DNA of 62,966 nucleotides, the filler included, from Octopus bimaculoides (taxonomy: Eukaryota), in NCBI RefSeq assembly GCF_001194135.2. It is 5 parts of 5 records of this genome, joined end to end, with 100 filler letters (N's around TTAATTAATTAA, not from the genome) between each part and the next. Parts side by side here need not be neighbours in the genome. Positions count along the whole stretch, not along the records: positions 5,756 to 28,617 come from NC_068993.1; 4 more parts are not named here. One strand, 5' to 3'. Numbering within the stretch: the stretch's first letter is position 1; each line of letters starts with the position of its first letter. Shown piece by piece: positions 11,238 through 25,029 of this stretch. The notes under the pieces are model-generated. The model saw nothing but the letters and a program-made list of their open reading frames with translations, made no database searches and was not told where the DNA came from. The translations under genes and the position numbers were made by a program.

Positions 11238-11929
11238 TGTTTGGTATTCCATCTTTAGTATTTTTAATAATTCTTCAGCTACGACTGCGCTCTTGTTTGT
11301 ATTTACAGTAGCTTTATTTTTGTTATAAATCCTTATTCTTTATATTTGTGTATCTTTGTTTACATTCTGTGTTCATTATCATTCATTGCATCGTTGGCGT
11401 TTTGTCTTCAGTGGTATTTGTGGTTTATCATGGTTACATATAGTTTCCATTCTTCATCTTTTATTACATTCTTGTTTCTTCATGTTTGGTTATATTCATT
11501 GTTTTCCATCTTTAATTACATAATTGATTGTTCGTATTTGTTGATATTGTTTATTCCAAATCTTTGTCGATAGTAATGTAACTTCATAGCTGGTTATACT
11601 CTTGGCTTATCATCTTAGGTTATATTGAATGTTTAACCTCTAGTTATATTCTTTTGTTCTCGCCTTTGGTTTGATACTTTGTATTTTATTCTGATTATTG
11701 CTAGTTTGTGACCTACAACTATATTCCTGGTTGCTTCTTGTTGATAAGTTTTGATCATATCTTTCTTCTGCTGCAATTATTTTTTTTTGTAGATATACAT
11801 GTTTGTTTGTTTGTTTTTTTCTTCAACTTAGATTCTATTTCCTATTTCTATTTTTTAATTCATTCTTCGTAATTTTTCGATCTATTTTGTTAAGGTTGAT
11901 TATTTTTCAATACCTGATAAATTCTTGTT

Positions 11930-13800
11930 CTATAAATAAAAGAAACATGGTTGTCCTTTTAAATGAGCTATTACCTGCAGAAGAGGAGGAGGTCATCTTT
12001 GCAATTTAAACTCCAACGTCTGTCTCACCATTCCGGATGCGGAAAATGAGTAAACATTAATAGGATTATCAATTTCATCTATTTTCGTCTCTTGTTTTAG
12101 AGTATAAGTTTCTCACATAATATACACTGTTACACAGTCATCACTTTTTATAGATATACATTTACCGATACATTTGACTGATCTAATAACTGCACGTTTC
12201 ACTGATCTAACAACTCCACGTATTTCTAAATGATAATAACCATCGTTTATCTGAAATGCAGAAATTTGAATTATAAAAATCCACATTATAGTTTGTTTTG
12301 TGTTTTTTTAACTGCAACAAATTATCATAACGCCTGTAATGTGGATAACCATTAACGTTCTGACTGTAATTTCCAATTAATTCTTTGGATATTGCTTAGG
12401 CGGCGAACTAGTAGAATCGTTAGCACGCCGAGCAAAATGCTTAGCGGCATGTTGCCCGTCTTTACGTTCTTAGTTCAAATTCCGTCGCAGTCGACTTTAC
12501 CTTTCATCCTTTCAAGGTTGATAAAATAAGTACCAGTAAAATACTTGAGTCGATGTAATCGATTTGCCCTTTCCCCCGAAATTGCTGGCCTTGTGCCAAA
12601 ATTTGAAATTAATATTTTGGATATTGCATATGACATTTAATTTCAACCATGTATGGTGCAATTGGGTCATAGACCACATACCATACTTTTTGCAACACTA
12701 AAACAGTCTTCATTGCATCTCTGAATTTGATCGCTCCTCAGACACAAATCTATTGTTTTAAAATATAATTCAGTAATATTATATTTAGAGAAGATAACTG
12801 AAATCAGTTTATTGTATAACAATCCTCTATTTTTATCAATTCATTTGTTTAACTGAACAGATATGTCCTTTTGGTGTGAAGCATTTCCTACAGCACCTTA
12901 GTATAATTTCAGTAACTTCTACAGAGGGTCCATTGTCTCTCTTCGGATTCCAGATGTAGGGAGTTGCAGTGTCTTTTTTTTTTTAAAATAGGCATCTTGA
13001 GTATTAATAGCATTCAAGCATCTTTTGCTATTTTTTTCTGAAATAGAGCTTCGGGATTCATTATCAGGAAATATTGTTTGAAGTGATCCCAAGATAGCTC
13101 TATCGAGAGTGCGTGGAATTTGCATCCTCCGATGCAGTTGATGTTGGTTTAACCCGTAACCGCTGCAAGAAAAACTAAGAAAATTACCCAAATGGATTAT
13201 AAAATTATTTCAGTTACTTTCACTTTTCAGGTTGTTATTGCACGTGTAGTCTAAAATTGAAAAAACGGGATTATAGTGGATAAGATCAAGCGTCTTTTTG
13301 TTTTATTTTGTTATTTTTTCTTAAATCACTTTCTAGCTGATGTGCATCAAACCATTTATGATCACATGGACTACGGTACGGTGAATATCGATAAAAGAGT
13401 AGTCACACAGCCAAACTTTAGATAAATGTAAAGAGCAAATCCCGTTCTTAATTTTCAGAGCATATTAAAATTGAAGCTAAACGATAAAACACCTAACCAT
13501 GTATTTTATGCTTTATACACAAATTTTCTATTTGAATTGTTCGCTTTAGTGATTGTTGCCTCTAAAGATGTAAAAGATTAAGCTGAATTGTAATCCCTAA
13601 TGTTAGCTTAAGGTTAATACTCTTTACATGAAGTTTAATGTCCTCCAAGCTCTGAAGGTGGATCTTGAATTGGGGGTACCTCTAAATTTCCATAACACCA
13701 GATGAGCTCAACATTTGCCTTTGAGTTGCTTAAAATCCTGCCTTCAACTCACATATTTGCACCACATTTAGAACATTTAGCATCCATGTTCGCAGAATAG
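11930..13800 (-). mobile_element. Helitron RepHel relic (N-terminal Zn-finger region plus Rep C-terminal region), internally deleted and SINE-interrupted
   Basis: Minus translations in order: MDAKCSKCGANM*VE...LEVPPIQDPPSEL (~13790-13640); NIRDYNSA*SFTSLEA (~13600-13555); KIHG*VFYRLASIL and FALYIY (~13500-13420); LDRAILGSLQ (~13105); MVCG/YDPIAPYMVEIKCHMQYPK; NGYPHYRR; DKRWLL; RSVKCIGKCI..DEIDN..FSASG..LEFKL..PP..HL. All correspond to conserved Helitron motifs. Confidence 0.85.
12396..12615 (+). mobile_element. Full-length SINE family B with a 12-bp TSD, inserted in the Helitron relic
   Basis: ggcggcgaactagtagaatcgttagcacgccg...aaaatttgaaattaat; TTTGGATATTGC at 12384-12395 and 12616-12627; the Helitron reading (MQYPK) is restored on removal. 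Confidence 0.9.
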
Positions 13801-14425
13801 CTTCTATTACTGTTTCTTCAATTCATTAATTAATTTCTGCTTCGAAATAGTTTTCCAACTTTATAGTTCTACTTGAAACAGCTACAGCAAGCCATTTTTT
13901 GGCTTTAATTTACCACACGAAGTTATGTGTCTTTCCTCTATGATGTTCGTCATATATTTTTATGTGCCTTTGCATCAGACTTGTTCAGTTATTAACATAT
14001 CTTTGTAATATTTCTCTTTCGCTCATACAGCTGTTTGGTATCGCTGTATTGTTACACTGCTACATTGTGATTCATATTCATATATACGTGGAAGGTACCA
14101 ACGTGAAGTAAAAAATATTAATCCCACTGAACATATTAAGCATAATATATGTAATCAAGGGTAGTTGTTTGAACATTTTCCAGCTTGAAGTAATGATGCA
14201 GGAGTATGTTTATCCGATATATATGTATATATGTGTATGTGCATTTGCGTGTGTGTGCGTGTGTGTGTTTGTATACATCGATATATATATAAATATCTAT
14301 ATATACATATATATTTATATATGTGCATATATATATATATAAATATAGATGTATATACACATACACACACATACACACGCACAGACACAGACACACAGAC
14401 ACACAGACACAGACGCGCACATATA

Positions 14426-15600
14426 TATACTAATTTATGATTATATAATGTAATTATATTAAAAGGTGCAGATAAACCCTACCAACACGCTAGAAACAGA
14501 CGCAAAATGGCTCTAAAAACCACATCTATACTCCGTTAGATGATGTTGTAAGCGGCAGATGAAAAAATGAATAAGATTTTTTGAAAACGATGGTCAATTG
14601 TAGATCGATTTCTAGCTCAGGGTTGTAAAACCCCTTGCTGTCTTCAGTACAATATGCCAAAGTATACAGATGCAATTATTTATGCATATCCATAGGAACA
14701 ACATACCCACAGGATTATATACATACATTTACATATATACACTAGTAAAAATCTAATTTTTTGTTATCTCAACCATATACTTTTATTATCAAAATAATCT
14801 CACAGCGAATGCAATTTGATCAGGAGTTAAAATATACATTTTATTCAAAATTAAGGATAAAATCACTTTAGTGATTTTATCAAGTGGCCAACGTGAAATA
14901 AAAACCTTGTAGGTAACAATTTATACTAATATAGAATAAGAGGTTTTGAAAACAGATAGCTAACTGTAGAACGATTTCTGGCTTGTGGTTGTAAAACCCC
15001 TTGCTGTCTTCAGTAATTACAAATTAGTATAAATTGTTACCTAGAAGGTTTTTTATTTCACGCTGACTAGTTGATAAAATCGTTAAAGTGGTTTTATCCT
15101 TAATTTTGTATAAAATACATATTTTTGCTCCTGTTCAAATTGCATTCGATGAGAGATTATTTTAATAATAAAAGCACATGGCTATAATAAGAAAAAAATT
15201 CGATTTTTACTAGTCTATACATATAAATGTATGTATATAATCGTGCGGATATGTTGTCCCTATGGGTATGCATAAATATTTGCATCTATATAATTTGGCA
15301 TATTGTACTGAACACAGCAAGGGGTTTTACAACCCTAAACCAGAAATTAACTATCTTTTTTCAAAAAATCTTATTCATTTTTTCATCTGCCTGCTTACAA
15401 CCTGTGCTAACGGAGTATAGATGTGGCTTTTAGAGCCATTTGGCGTCTGTTTCTAGCGTGTTGGTAGGGTTTATCCGCACCCTTTAAAATAATTATATTA
15501 TATGATTATATATTAGTATAAATTGTTATCTACAGGATTTTTAGTTCACGCTGGCCACTTGATAAAATCATTAAAGTGCTTTTACCTTTTTGTATAAAAT
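14426..15600. mobile_element. ~1.2-kb inverted/tandem repeat of a ~500-bp unit carrying three hammerhead copies (Penelope pLTR-like architecture)
   Basis: 14426-14930 is an imperfect reverse complement of 15021-15520; partial direct copy at 14931-15015; further partial inverted copy at ~15512-15600. Confidence 0.85.
14597..14653 (-). ncRNA. Type I hammerhead ribozyme motif
   Basis: ATTGTA-CTGAAGA-cAGC aagggg ttttaca accct ga GCTa-GAA-ATCGAT-C-TACAAT: perfect 6-bp stem I, palindromic stem III, AUC triplet. Decayed copies at 14965-15017 (-) and 15302-15352 (+). Confidence 0.75.
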
Positions 15601-15649
15601 GTGTGTGCGTGAGTGTGTGTGTGCGTGTGCGTGTGTGTGTGTGTGCGTG

Positions 15650-15682
<33 letters not shown>

Positions 15683-16697
15683 CTGTGTCTGTGTGTGTGT
15701 GTGTGTCTGTGTCTGTGTGTGTGTGCGTGCGCATTAAATATAATGGTTTGGGCATGAAATACAATATATATATATGTGTACATGTAAAACGAGTGAAAGT
15801 AAAGGGTGGAGACTTTCACATGATGAAGTTTTAAATATATACATATATAGATACATTCCATTAAGATCTGAAAATTAATAGCTTCTCTACCCTAATTACG
15901 GAGGCTCGTCTTATCCAATTTTAATTGTTTCCATATGGCCACATATTTTGATGAACTACATCTGCCAACATCATTATGAATCTCCGAGCCCCCAGAAACA
16001 GTTGTTGGACTTATAACACCTTTCTTCCACCCCTTTAATTTTCTCTGTCATTTGTACTCTGTGTAAGTTGGGCTTATTAATATAAACATCTATATATTTA
16101 TACTTACAAAATTCATCATTTGCAAATCTTCACCTTTTACTTTCTCTCGTTTTGCATGTATCCATACACAAATATCTTGTATTTCATTCCTAAACTATTA
16201 TATTTAATATATTTCATATATTTAATATATTCAAGGTATCTAATTTGTTTATCCACATAACTGCCTCTGTGTGTGAATGTGTGTGAGTGTGCGTGCGTGT
16301 GAATGTGATTGTAAATGCTTCATAGAATATATGAACTCTAACTTTATGAAACTAAATGTACGTAGCTAAAATTAATTACACCATAAATCGTTCAACATTA
16401 ATATAAACAATGTAATGATTACAAGTGACTGTAATACACATGACAGTTTTTAAAATGTCATTGAAATGGACAGCAAAATGAAAATATGTACTGAGAAACA
16501 ACCACTCATCAAAGTTATAAAACACATAACACACAAAATCGTTGGAAACGAAAGTTAAATGAACGCACTTCAGCTTAGACCTAAACACTGAAGTGTATCA
16601 CTTAAATGAAAGAAGACAGCACAAATATATGATATAAACATTGACATTCAACGTATTACATTGAAATATGAATCTGACTGAGTGAATATAAAGTGAT

Positions 16698-16746
<49 letters not shown>

Positions 16747-16817
16747 ATTCCCTCTCTCACTCCTTCCTTCCCTCCCCCTCTCTCTCTTCTCACTTTCTCT
16801 CTCTCGCTCTCTCTCAC

Positions 16818-16901
<84 letters not shown>

Positions 16902-16904
16902 CTT

Positions 16905-17085
16905 CTGGTACAAGGCCAGCAATTTCGGGAGACGGAGGTAAGTCGAGTACGTTGACCTCAGTACTCAACTGGTATTAGTTTTTATCGATGCCGAAAGGAT
17001 AGAGGGCGAAGTGGACCACATCGGAATTTGAACTCAGAGCACGAAGACGGACGAAATGCCGCTAAGCGACTCTGCCAACTCGCCT
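16905..17085 (-). mobile_element. SINE family B
   Basis: Reverse complement of the family B body and tail. Confidence 0.75.
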
Positions 17086-18284
17086 CTTTAATATTCACAA
17101 ATGTTGACCACAGATAATTGTCAAAAGTGATTAATATTACTAAATTTAGTAATGTTGACTCGAGTTAATTTTGGCCATGTTCCTGAACACTGTAATTCGC
17201 CAACTGACATTACTTTTATCTTTCACCTCAGCTTTTAATAGGGGTTGACAGACAAAAACGAAATTTTAATCTTTGCGCCTAGAATAAGACTATTCCTGAG
17301 CGCTTTAACGATCTCATAAAAACTCCGGTGTCCAATCCCCAATAGTGATTTTTTTCTTTCTTTCAGAAGGTTATATGTCTTTAGGCTAACGTTTGATAAA
17401 ACATTTCATATCCCTCATCTTTCTCTTTATGACATTATTCTTGTTCTAATCAGAGACTACGTCGAAGGCTTATGAGATCTCTTCTCATTTTTTTGACAAA
17501 TTTCATTATTTCTTTATTTACACACTTAATATACGAAATATATAAAACTTGTACATTATGTACAAGATAAAAATTGTTAGGGTTTGTAAAAAAACATTGT
17601 TCAAGATAATTCTTTCTTCTCATTTCGATATTACTATCGATTATTTAACATGTTAATCATAACATAACTACAAGTAAAAAGAAGTGTCATGTGTAACTGA
17701 AGACATTTTTCATACACACACATATTTATGTTGTGTGTGTGTGTGTGTGTGTGTACAGGAAACATATATAGGGGAAGTTATACAAAAGCAAATATATACA
17801 AATTTAGGGTACTTGTTATGTCTCAAGCTACTGCTATCTAGCACCTTCGGATGATCTCTACTCAACCGCTACATGACGGCTACTCAACAGTCACTCAACT
17901 CCCTATCACGGTCAGACTACCTCTATTTATATGTCTTGGGCAAACCTATTTCTTCGCTTGGGGGCGTCGACACAACAGTATTATAACTCTGTATATCTAT
18001 ATTAATATAAGCGAAATTCTGTTTGTCCGTCTAGTAACCCTGTATCTCAGTCTACATTTGCTTTACATAGACATAATATTCCTTTTTGGAATCAGGATGA
18101 TCCTGGGATTGAACATCTGCCCTTCATTTGGTTCTTGATCATCCAGCATTGGGATCTAATTTAAAAGTATTTGGATTGCTATTTCTAGCAGGTAAAGCGA
18201 CTGTGTGAGGTTTCAATACCATAGTACAAGAGTTACTTCTTTTAGCTTTAAGTTTTATTAAGGAATTTAGTGGCTCTTTTATAT

Positions 18285-18480
18285 TTTTCAGTCACCAGAC
18301 TGCAGCCACACTGGAGCATCGCCTTGAAGAATTTTAATCGACACAAATCGACACCAGTTCTTCCTTTTTATGCCTGGTACTTTTTGCATTCATTACCTCT
18401 TTTACCGAACCGCTAAGTTATGTGGATGTAAATACAATACCAGCTATCAAGCAGTGATGGAGGACAAGCACAGACACCAA
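18285..18480 (-). mobile_element. SINE family A, 3' half (diverged)
   Basis: cagtcaccagactgcagccacactggagcatcgcc...ccgaaccgctaagtta. Confidence 0.75.
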
Positions 18481-19836
18481 GCCACAGTACATATATACAT
18501 ATGCATGTGTGTGTGTCTGTGTGTGTGTGTTTGTGTGTTTGTCTTTTTATTCAAATTTTAGAAGAACTCCAAAAATTTGCGAACTTACAAGTTTTTCATT
18601 TAAACTGAATATAAAGTAATACCATATTGGTAGGGTACCATTAAGTGCTTTATTATTGTGCGCTCTCTTAGTTTTGGGCCGCAGGCCCAATTAGCCCTCC
18701 GCAGGAGTTAACCTACAAGTCCGCACGGAATGCAGCTTTTAAGCTAGTAACAAATAATATAAATAGATATATTTGAACGATGTATTGAAAGAGTTAGAGA
18801 AATTAGCATATCTTTCAGGCTTGCAACCAATAATTATGAATTCAGTGACAGAGAAGTTGAAATAGAGAAGTAAGAGCAGAAACAATATCGGTGATCGATA
18901 CTGAATACTTACACACTCAACAATAATCATATACATATACATACATACATACAAACATACATGCATACANNNNNNNNNNNNNNNNNNNNNNNNNNNNNNN
19001 NNNNNNNNNNNNNNNNNNNNNNNNNNNNNNNNNNNNNNNNNNNNNNNNNNNNNNNNNNNNNNNNNNNNNNNNNNNNNNNNNNNNNNNNNNNNNNNNNNNN
19101 NNNNNNNNNNNNNNNNNNNNNNNNNNNNNNNNNNNNNNNNNNNNNNNNNNNNNNNNNNNNNNNNNNNNNNNNNNNNNNNNNNNNNNNNNNNNNNNNNNNN
19201 NNNNNNNNNNNNNNNNNNNNNNNNNNNNNNNNNNNNNNNNNNNNNNNNNNNNNNNNNNNNNNNNNNNNNNNNNNNNNNNNNNNNNNNNNNNNNNNNNNNN
19301 NNNNNNNNNNNNNNNNNNNNNNNNNNNNNNNNNNNNNNNNNNNNNNNNNNNNNNNNNNNNNNNNNNNNNNNNNNNNNNNNNNNNNNNNNNNNNNNNNNNN
19401 NNNNNNNNNNNNNNNNNNNNNNNNNNNNNNNNNNNNNNNNNNNNNNNNNNNNNNNNNNNNNNNNNNNNNNNNNNNNNNNNNNNNNNNNNNNNNNNNNNNN
19501 NNNNNNNNNNNNNNNNNNNNNNNNNNNNNNNNNNNNNNNNNNNNNNNNNNNNNNNNNNNNNNNNNNNNNNNNNNNNNNNNNNNNNNNNNNNNNNNNNNNN
19601 NNNNNNNNNNNNNNNNNNNNNNNNNNNNNNNNNNNNNNNNNNNNNNNNNNNNNNNNNNNNNNNNNNNNNNNNNNNNNNNNNNNNNNATATCACAGTGTTA
19701 ACTAGGTTAGTTTTACTTTTCAATCAGTAATAATCCAAGGCAGTAGATTGGCGGAATTGTTAGACCGCCGGATCACACAGTGACATTGAATCCGGAACCA
19801 TGTGGTTGTGAAGCAAGCTTCTTATCACATATATAC

Positions 19837-19906
<70 letters not shown>

Positions 19907-20119
19907 ATGCATTCTTTCCTCTCACAAGGTAAAGTCAAACGAAGATTACAGCTTCAGACAATTACCTAAGATGCTGAATAGTGGAATGCCACGTAAGAAT
20001 TCCTTAACTGCAAAACGAACGTCTTAAACATCCGCCCACCTATAGCATACAATGATCCAGTGAAATGATGGCAAGAAATAATGGTTAGAAGGTTTTTGAG
20101 ATGACCGGTCTAGTTGATT

Positions 20120-20262
20120 TCAGTGACCTGGCTACTTGACTGGTACTATTTTGTCGACCCCGAAACGATGAAAGTTAAAGTTGGTCTCTGCAGAATTTGA
20201 ACGTAAAAACAAACGAAATCGCGCTATGCATTTCCTCAGCGTGCTAAAGGTTCTGCCAGTTC
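20120..20262 (-). mobile_element. SINE family B fragment
   Basis: tggtactattttgtcgaccccgaaacgatgaaagttaaagttgg...gtgctaa. Confidence 0.6.
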
Positions 20263-20316
20263 GTCCTCTTAACTGAAGGAAATAGTAAAACGTGTGTATA
20301 CGCGCACGTGTCTCCT

Positions 20317-20358
<42 letters not shown>

Positions 20359-20520
20359 TATGTATTGGAGTGCTTTTGCATATTTGTCTGTTTCCATACT
20401 TCTGATTCTGATCTAATGAACAATTGTTGTAGTGCCATGTTTCCTTCACGTGAAACTCTCGAATCAATAAAGAGATGAAATTTCTGAATATATTATGTGT
20501 GTTTGTGTCTATGAAAGTGC

Positions 20521-20583
<63 letters not shown>

Positions 20584-22823
20584 GCGTGTGCGCTCGCGCG
20601 TAAACGTGCGTATGTGGCGGCGTCTTTCCAACAATTATAGAAATGATAGAAATGTGGAAAGTTAAGGAGAATAAATCGTAGTTCAGCGGATGAATATGAT
20701 GGTGGTGTATCTGAAATAATCTGTAATTCAAGGGAATATATGAAATTAGAAAGATAATCTACGTGAATAAACGTGCGTTAGTAAATTTAATAACAATGAA
20801 TTTAATGTTTGTGCATTATGCAGTGATAAAATTGATGTCACATCTAGATAATGAGATTTATCTCAAAATATTGATTCAAGAAAATCACAACCGAATTGCG
20901 CTTCGCCAACAGGAAGATTCCGAAAAGCCATCGTGTTTTATCTTTCTTTTTGCATAATGAACTGATAATTTCAAAAGTTGCATTTCCTACTGACATTACT
21001 GAGAAAGTTTATTCGAAATGTATGTAAAAAAAATACTGTTATCTAATTCGTCTTTTGAATTGGAAAATCGTCACAAAGGAGCCGATTAATTCTCACGGGT
21101 TTGGTCGAGGTTGGTGACTTATAAATGTGGCGAAGATTTATTGTATCCGATGAAAAAAGCTGGACATTGAAAATGCGGTTAACGAGTAAAGATTCGTGTC
21201 AAAGCCCATAACCCAAATTACGTAAATTATGTTATCTTAATTATATACTTTTACTATTATATATTTCATATTATCTAAGGTGGCAAGCTGGAAGAGTCAG
21301 TACACAGTCGCCTCTTTACCTTCTGAGTTCAATTACCGCCGGAGTCAGTCTTACCGCTCATCCCTGTAAGATCGAAAAAATAAAATAATAGCCAAGTATT
21401 CGGGTAGACGGTATCGTCTATTCAACCCCTTTCAATACTGCTGTTTTTGTGCTAAATTAAAAATAGCTGTATTAGATATAATCAGGACGGTAAATATTTA
21501 TTACTCTTATTACTATTATCAGCCATTTCCAAGCAATGAATATTTTATTTATTTCTCGCTAGTTGAGTGAGGGACATTTGATTGACTTTGCTGACTCAGA
21601 GTTATTTATCAATATTGTATTAAAACTATTTGTTTCGAGGATCGGAAATGAGAAATTTGACGTTCAGGCTTTCTCTAAGAACATTAAAAGACTGAAATGA
21701 TAGAACTACAACCACCAATCGAACATTCTTTATAAAAGATAATTGTCATTTACAGCAAGTACGGAGAATTAATGTTCTGCAGGGATTGATTTAGAGTGTC
21801 GTAATGAAACTCTACAGTTGATATAGGAACTACTTTTCAATGGAATAGCAAAGATTATCTCTTTGAGTTCTCTACTGATTCATAACTTCATTATGAAGCA
21901 ATCTGACAGCTTTACAGGCCTTGTCATACTGGAAGTCATTATTTTCTGTGACATGTTACCTTTTCTTACAAGACAGGTTGGTTTGCCAGCATTACAGAAA
22001 ATTGTATTAATAGTACGATTAATGTTTACAATTTGGTTCAGACAGTTCACAGTTTACATCCACAGTTTATACTTCATATTTTAGAAACGAGTTTGTAAGA
22101 ACAATATTTATCCTAACTGCCTGATTGCAGATGTAGAAAAACTGTTAATAGATCTACTAAAATGGCACAAAGAAATCCACTGACAAAGTTTTCGGTTATA
22201 CAAATAATAATAGCAACTGTTATCAATATCAAAACATTTCTCATTGAAATTTTATCATCGAGTCACAAGAAAAGTTTATCGTCATCGGAAGTGTTAACAG
22301 TTCGTATCCTATGTTAGAGCTGTACAGTATTTCGAAAAGAGATATGACACTCAATAGATAAGTTTACATAACTATAAATAAGGCTCATAAGCTAGAATAC
22401 ATTGTTGCTTTAAGCATTAATTGCTAAAATCTGAAATTAATTGTTTTCTTTCCAATGGAAAATTGAAATATGGTTTCTTAAATATCTAGAGCTTATATCA
22501 TGATTTTAAATGTTTTATCATCATTAAATGTTATATCATCATTATATCATCATTTTAAATGTTCTAGTAGACTGAATAAAATTCGTTAAAAATGGAACTT
22601 GTTAATAAAAAGAATGGAGTAATTTAATTGTGCGGTATTTTTAGAGAGCTTGTATTTCTACATAACAGAAATTCTAAAGATTATTAGTATTCTAAAGCTG
22701 GCATAATCAATAAAATATCATAATCAATTAAATCTACAGTACATAAACATAAATACGAGCCAATGAGTGAGCATCTTCGTGATCTCTCAACCTGATAGAA
22801 AAAGTCATTCTTTGCTGTTTCAG

Positions 22824-22960
22824 GTAATGTGGTCATGACCCATCTTAAGGAAAATGATACGATGACCACAATTGGAATGCTCACTGAGTTGACAGGACAG
22901 TTGAACAACAACACCAACTCACAGAATATCCAAGTCGAAAAAACTATTGCATTGAAATGA
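22824..22960 (+). CDS. Candidate terminal coding exon C (..NVVMTHLKENDTMTTIGMLTELTGQLNNNTNSQNIQVEKTIALK*)
   Basis: Acceptor ttctttgctgtttcAG; only the phase-1 reading is open, matching exon B; ends at TGA 22958-22960; AT-rich UTR-like DNA follows, with AATAAA at 23278 and 23308 (weak evidence). Confidence 0.5.
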
Positions 22961-24239
22961 TACATCTGTTTCACTGCTTAAATCAAAACTACATTGTATC
23001 AAAGCTGGATTGTCTCGTATTTTACGGATCGATGATGCTACACAGAAAATCTTAAGTGATATTATGGTAAAACGAATTATAAACCAAAACCCAATAGCTT
23101 ATTTTGGAGTCTCTTATGAGTTTTATCAATAACAAAGCCACACAATTATAAGGTAAAGTAACTTTAGTTAAATACTTTATTTAGTTTTACTTAAAATTAA
23201 TAAATCAGCCAAACAACCAAACAACCAAACAACCAATGATAAATAGAAGCAAGCTAAGGAGAGAGAGTGGGGGGAGGAATAAATGAAATGGAAGAGGTGA
23301 TACAAGGAATAAAGATGCACAAAGCCATATAATGAAATTTTTATAAGCATAATATTCTATTGTTAGCACAAAGCTTCTTTCTGGTTCATTTGGTCTCAGT
23401 ATTTTTCAATCAACCTCGTCCGACATTTCATCAAATTATTGTATTTTAACAGAGGTCTTTCATGCGTCAGTGAACTTATCAATGTTTTGTATTTTAGGTC
23501 CTTTTTAGCTGCAATGTACTTTTTGTTTGTAAGTTATTGTACATACACTAACATACATAAAGATATAAGAATACGTTTATGTAAGTAAATGTGTACTTGT
23601 TTAGCGGAGTGTATGCATGTAAATGTGTGTGTGAATAATTTCGATTGATTATGTGTATATTCGATAAATACTTGCCAGGCGAAATTTCAATGTCTAGGGA
23701 AAAAGAGAACTACATATAAGTATAAAATGACTCAATGGCCAAATGGAAACGTTTCTTATTATTCACATACCTATAATTTGGGGTGTGTCATAAATGTCAA
23801 CTTTTATTTTTAAATTTGTAAAGTTCAGTCTTCATATTAACGTCCAAACGAAACGGATACCGATTCTTCACGATTTCACAAGAATGGATTTGCAGGAAAG
23901 GCACCAAAACCTATTACTTACAAACCAGATGTTGCCACAGTGTGATCATGTGGCTTGTTAGAAATAGCAAAATTTTCTTGCCTTAAAAGCGTAAAGAGGT
24001 ATGTGAATTCTGGACATGACAAAGATTGACATGGTTATGTTTGATCAAAGTTCTTCTGAAGTAAAGCTGACCTGGCACTAAACAGCATTTGTTCTTTATT
24101 ATACCAACCCTCAATACTAAAAGGTACACGATCTGCTTCTCTATTTTCTCAGACTTCGAAACTGTAACTCAATACTGATACTATTTGATGCAGTGTGTTT
24201 CACATATGCCCTAAGGAATAAAGAAATAAGAAATCGTAG

Positions 24240-24753
24240 TGCCATGGAAGCCATAGCCACTCATAATAAAAAGGAGTACTAGTGGAACGACCCAATAAAA
24301 ACTTCAATAAAATGTAAATACAGTAGACTTGATATAAGGATTTGGGATAGAGAAGAGAAACTGTGTACAGTTGTGAAAGTTAGCTGCCCAGCGGATGTTA
24401 ACAAAAGGCTGAAATCAGTGAAAAAGAGAATATCTACGCTGAACTATTGAGAAATTTGCAGTTACGCTATCCAGATTGCAAGTTCAGGTTTATACCTGTA
24501 ATTATTGGGGCCCTGGGCCATGTAACACACTGCCTAAATACCAATCTTAAGAAATTAGTCTTCTCTAAACCAGAAAGGAGAAAGCTAATTCGAAGACTAC
24601 AGATCCAGACCATCACTGAAGCAGTAAAAATCTGTCAAACTTCCCAGAAGTTTATCATTTAAATATATATGAGTATCTCTAGATATGCAAGTACATATAA
24701 GAATTTTTTTTACTGCACGTATACATACAAACATACATACATGCATGCATACA

Positions 24754-24786
<33 letters not shown>

Positions 24787-24900
24787 GCAAAAATAGCCTG
24801 TTGATACTGTTTAAATTCCAATGAAGCAGCCTTGGATATAGGTTAGAAACCGGGTCTTTCTCTATTGGCAAGAAATCTTGAAATAAAACTGAATAATGAC
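24240..24900 (+). mobile_element. R4/Dong-clade LINE 3' end (restriction-like endonuclease plus 3' UTR ending in (CATA)n)
   Basis: W..PIKTSIKCKYSRLDIRIWDREEKLCTVVKVSCPADVN / YAELLRNLQLRYPDCKFRFIPVIIGALG...QIQTITEAVKIC, typical of the PD-(D/E)xK C-terminus. Confidence 0.85.
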
Positions 24901-25029
24901 ATACATACATACATACATACATACATAAATACATACATACATACATACATGCATGCATGCATACATCCATCCATCCATACATACATACATACATACATAC
25001 ATACATACATACATACATACAATGCTATC

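Noticed and set aside
21850-22080. Cys-containing coding-like minus-strand stretch
   Set aside because: Multiple stops and no recognisable family motif.
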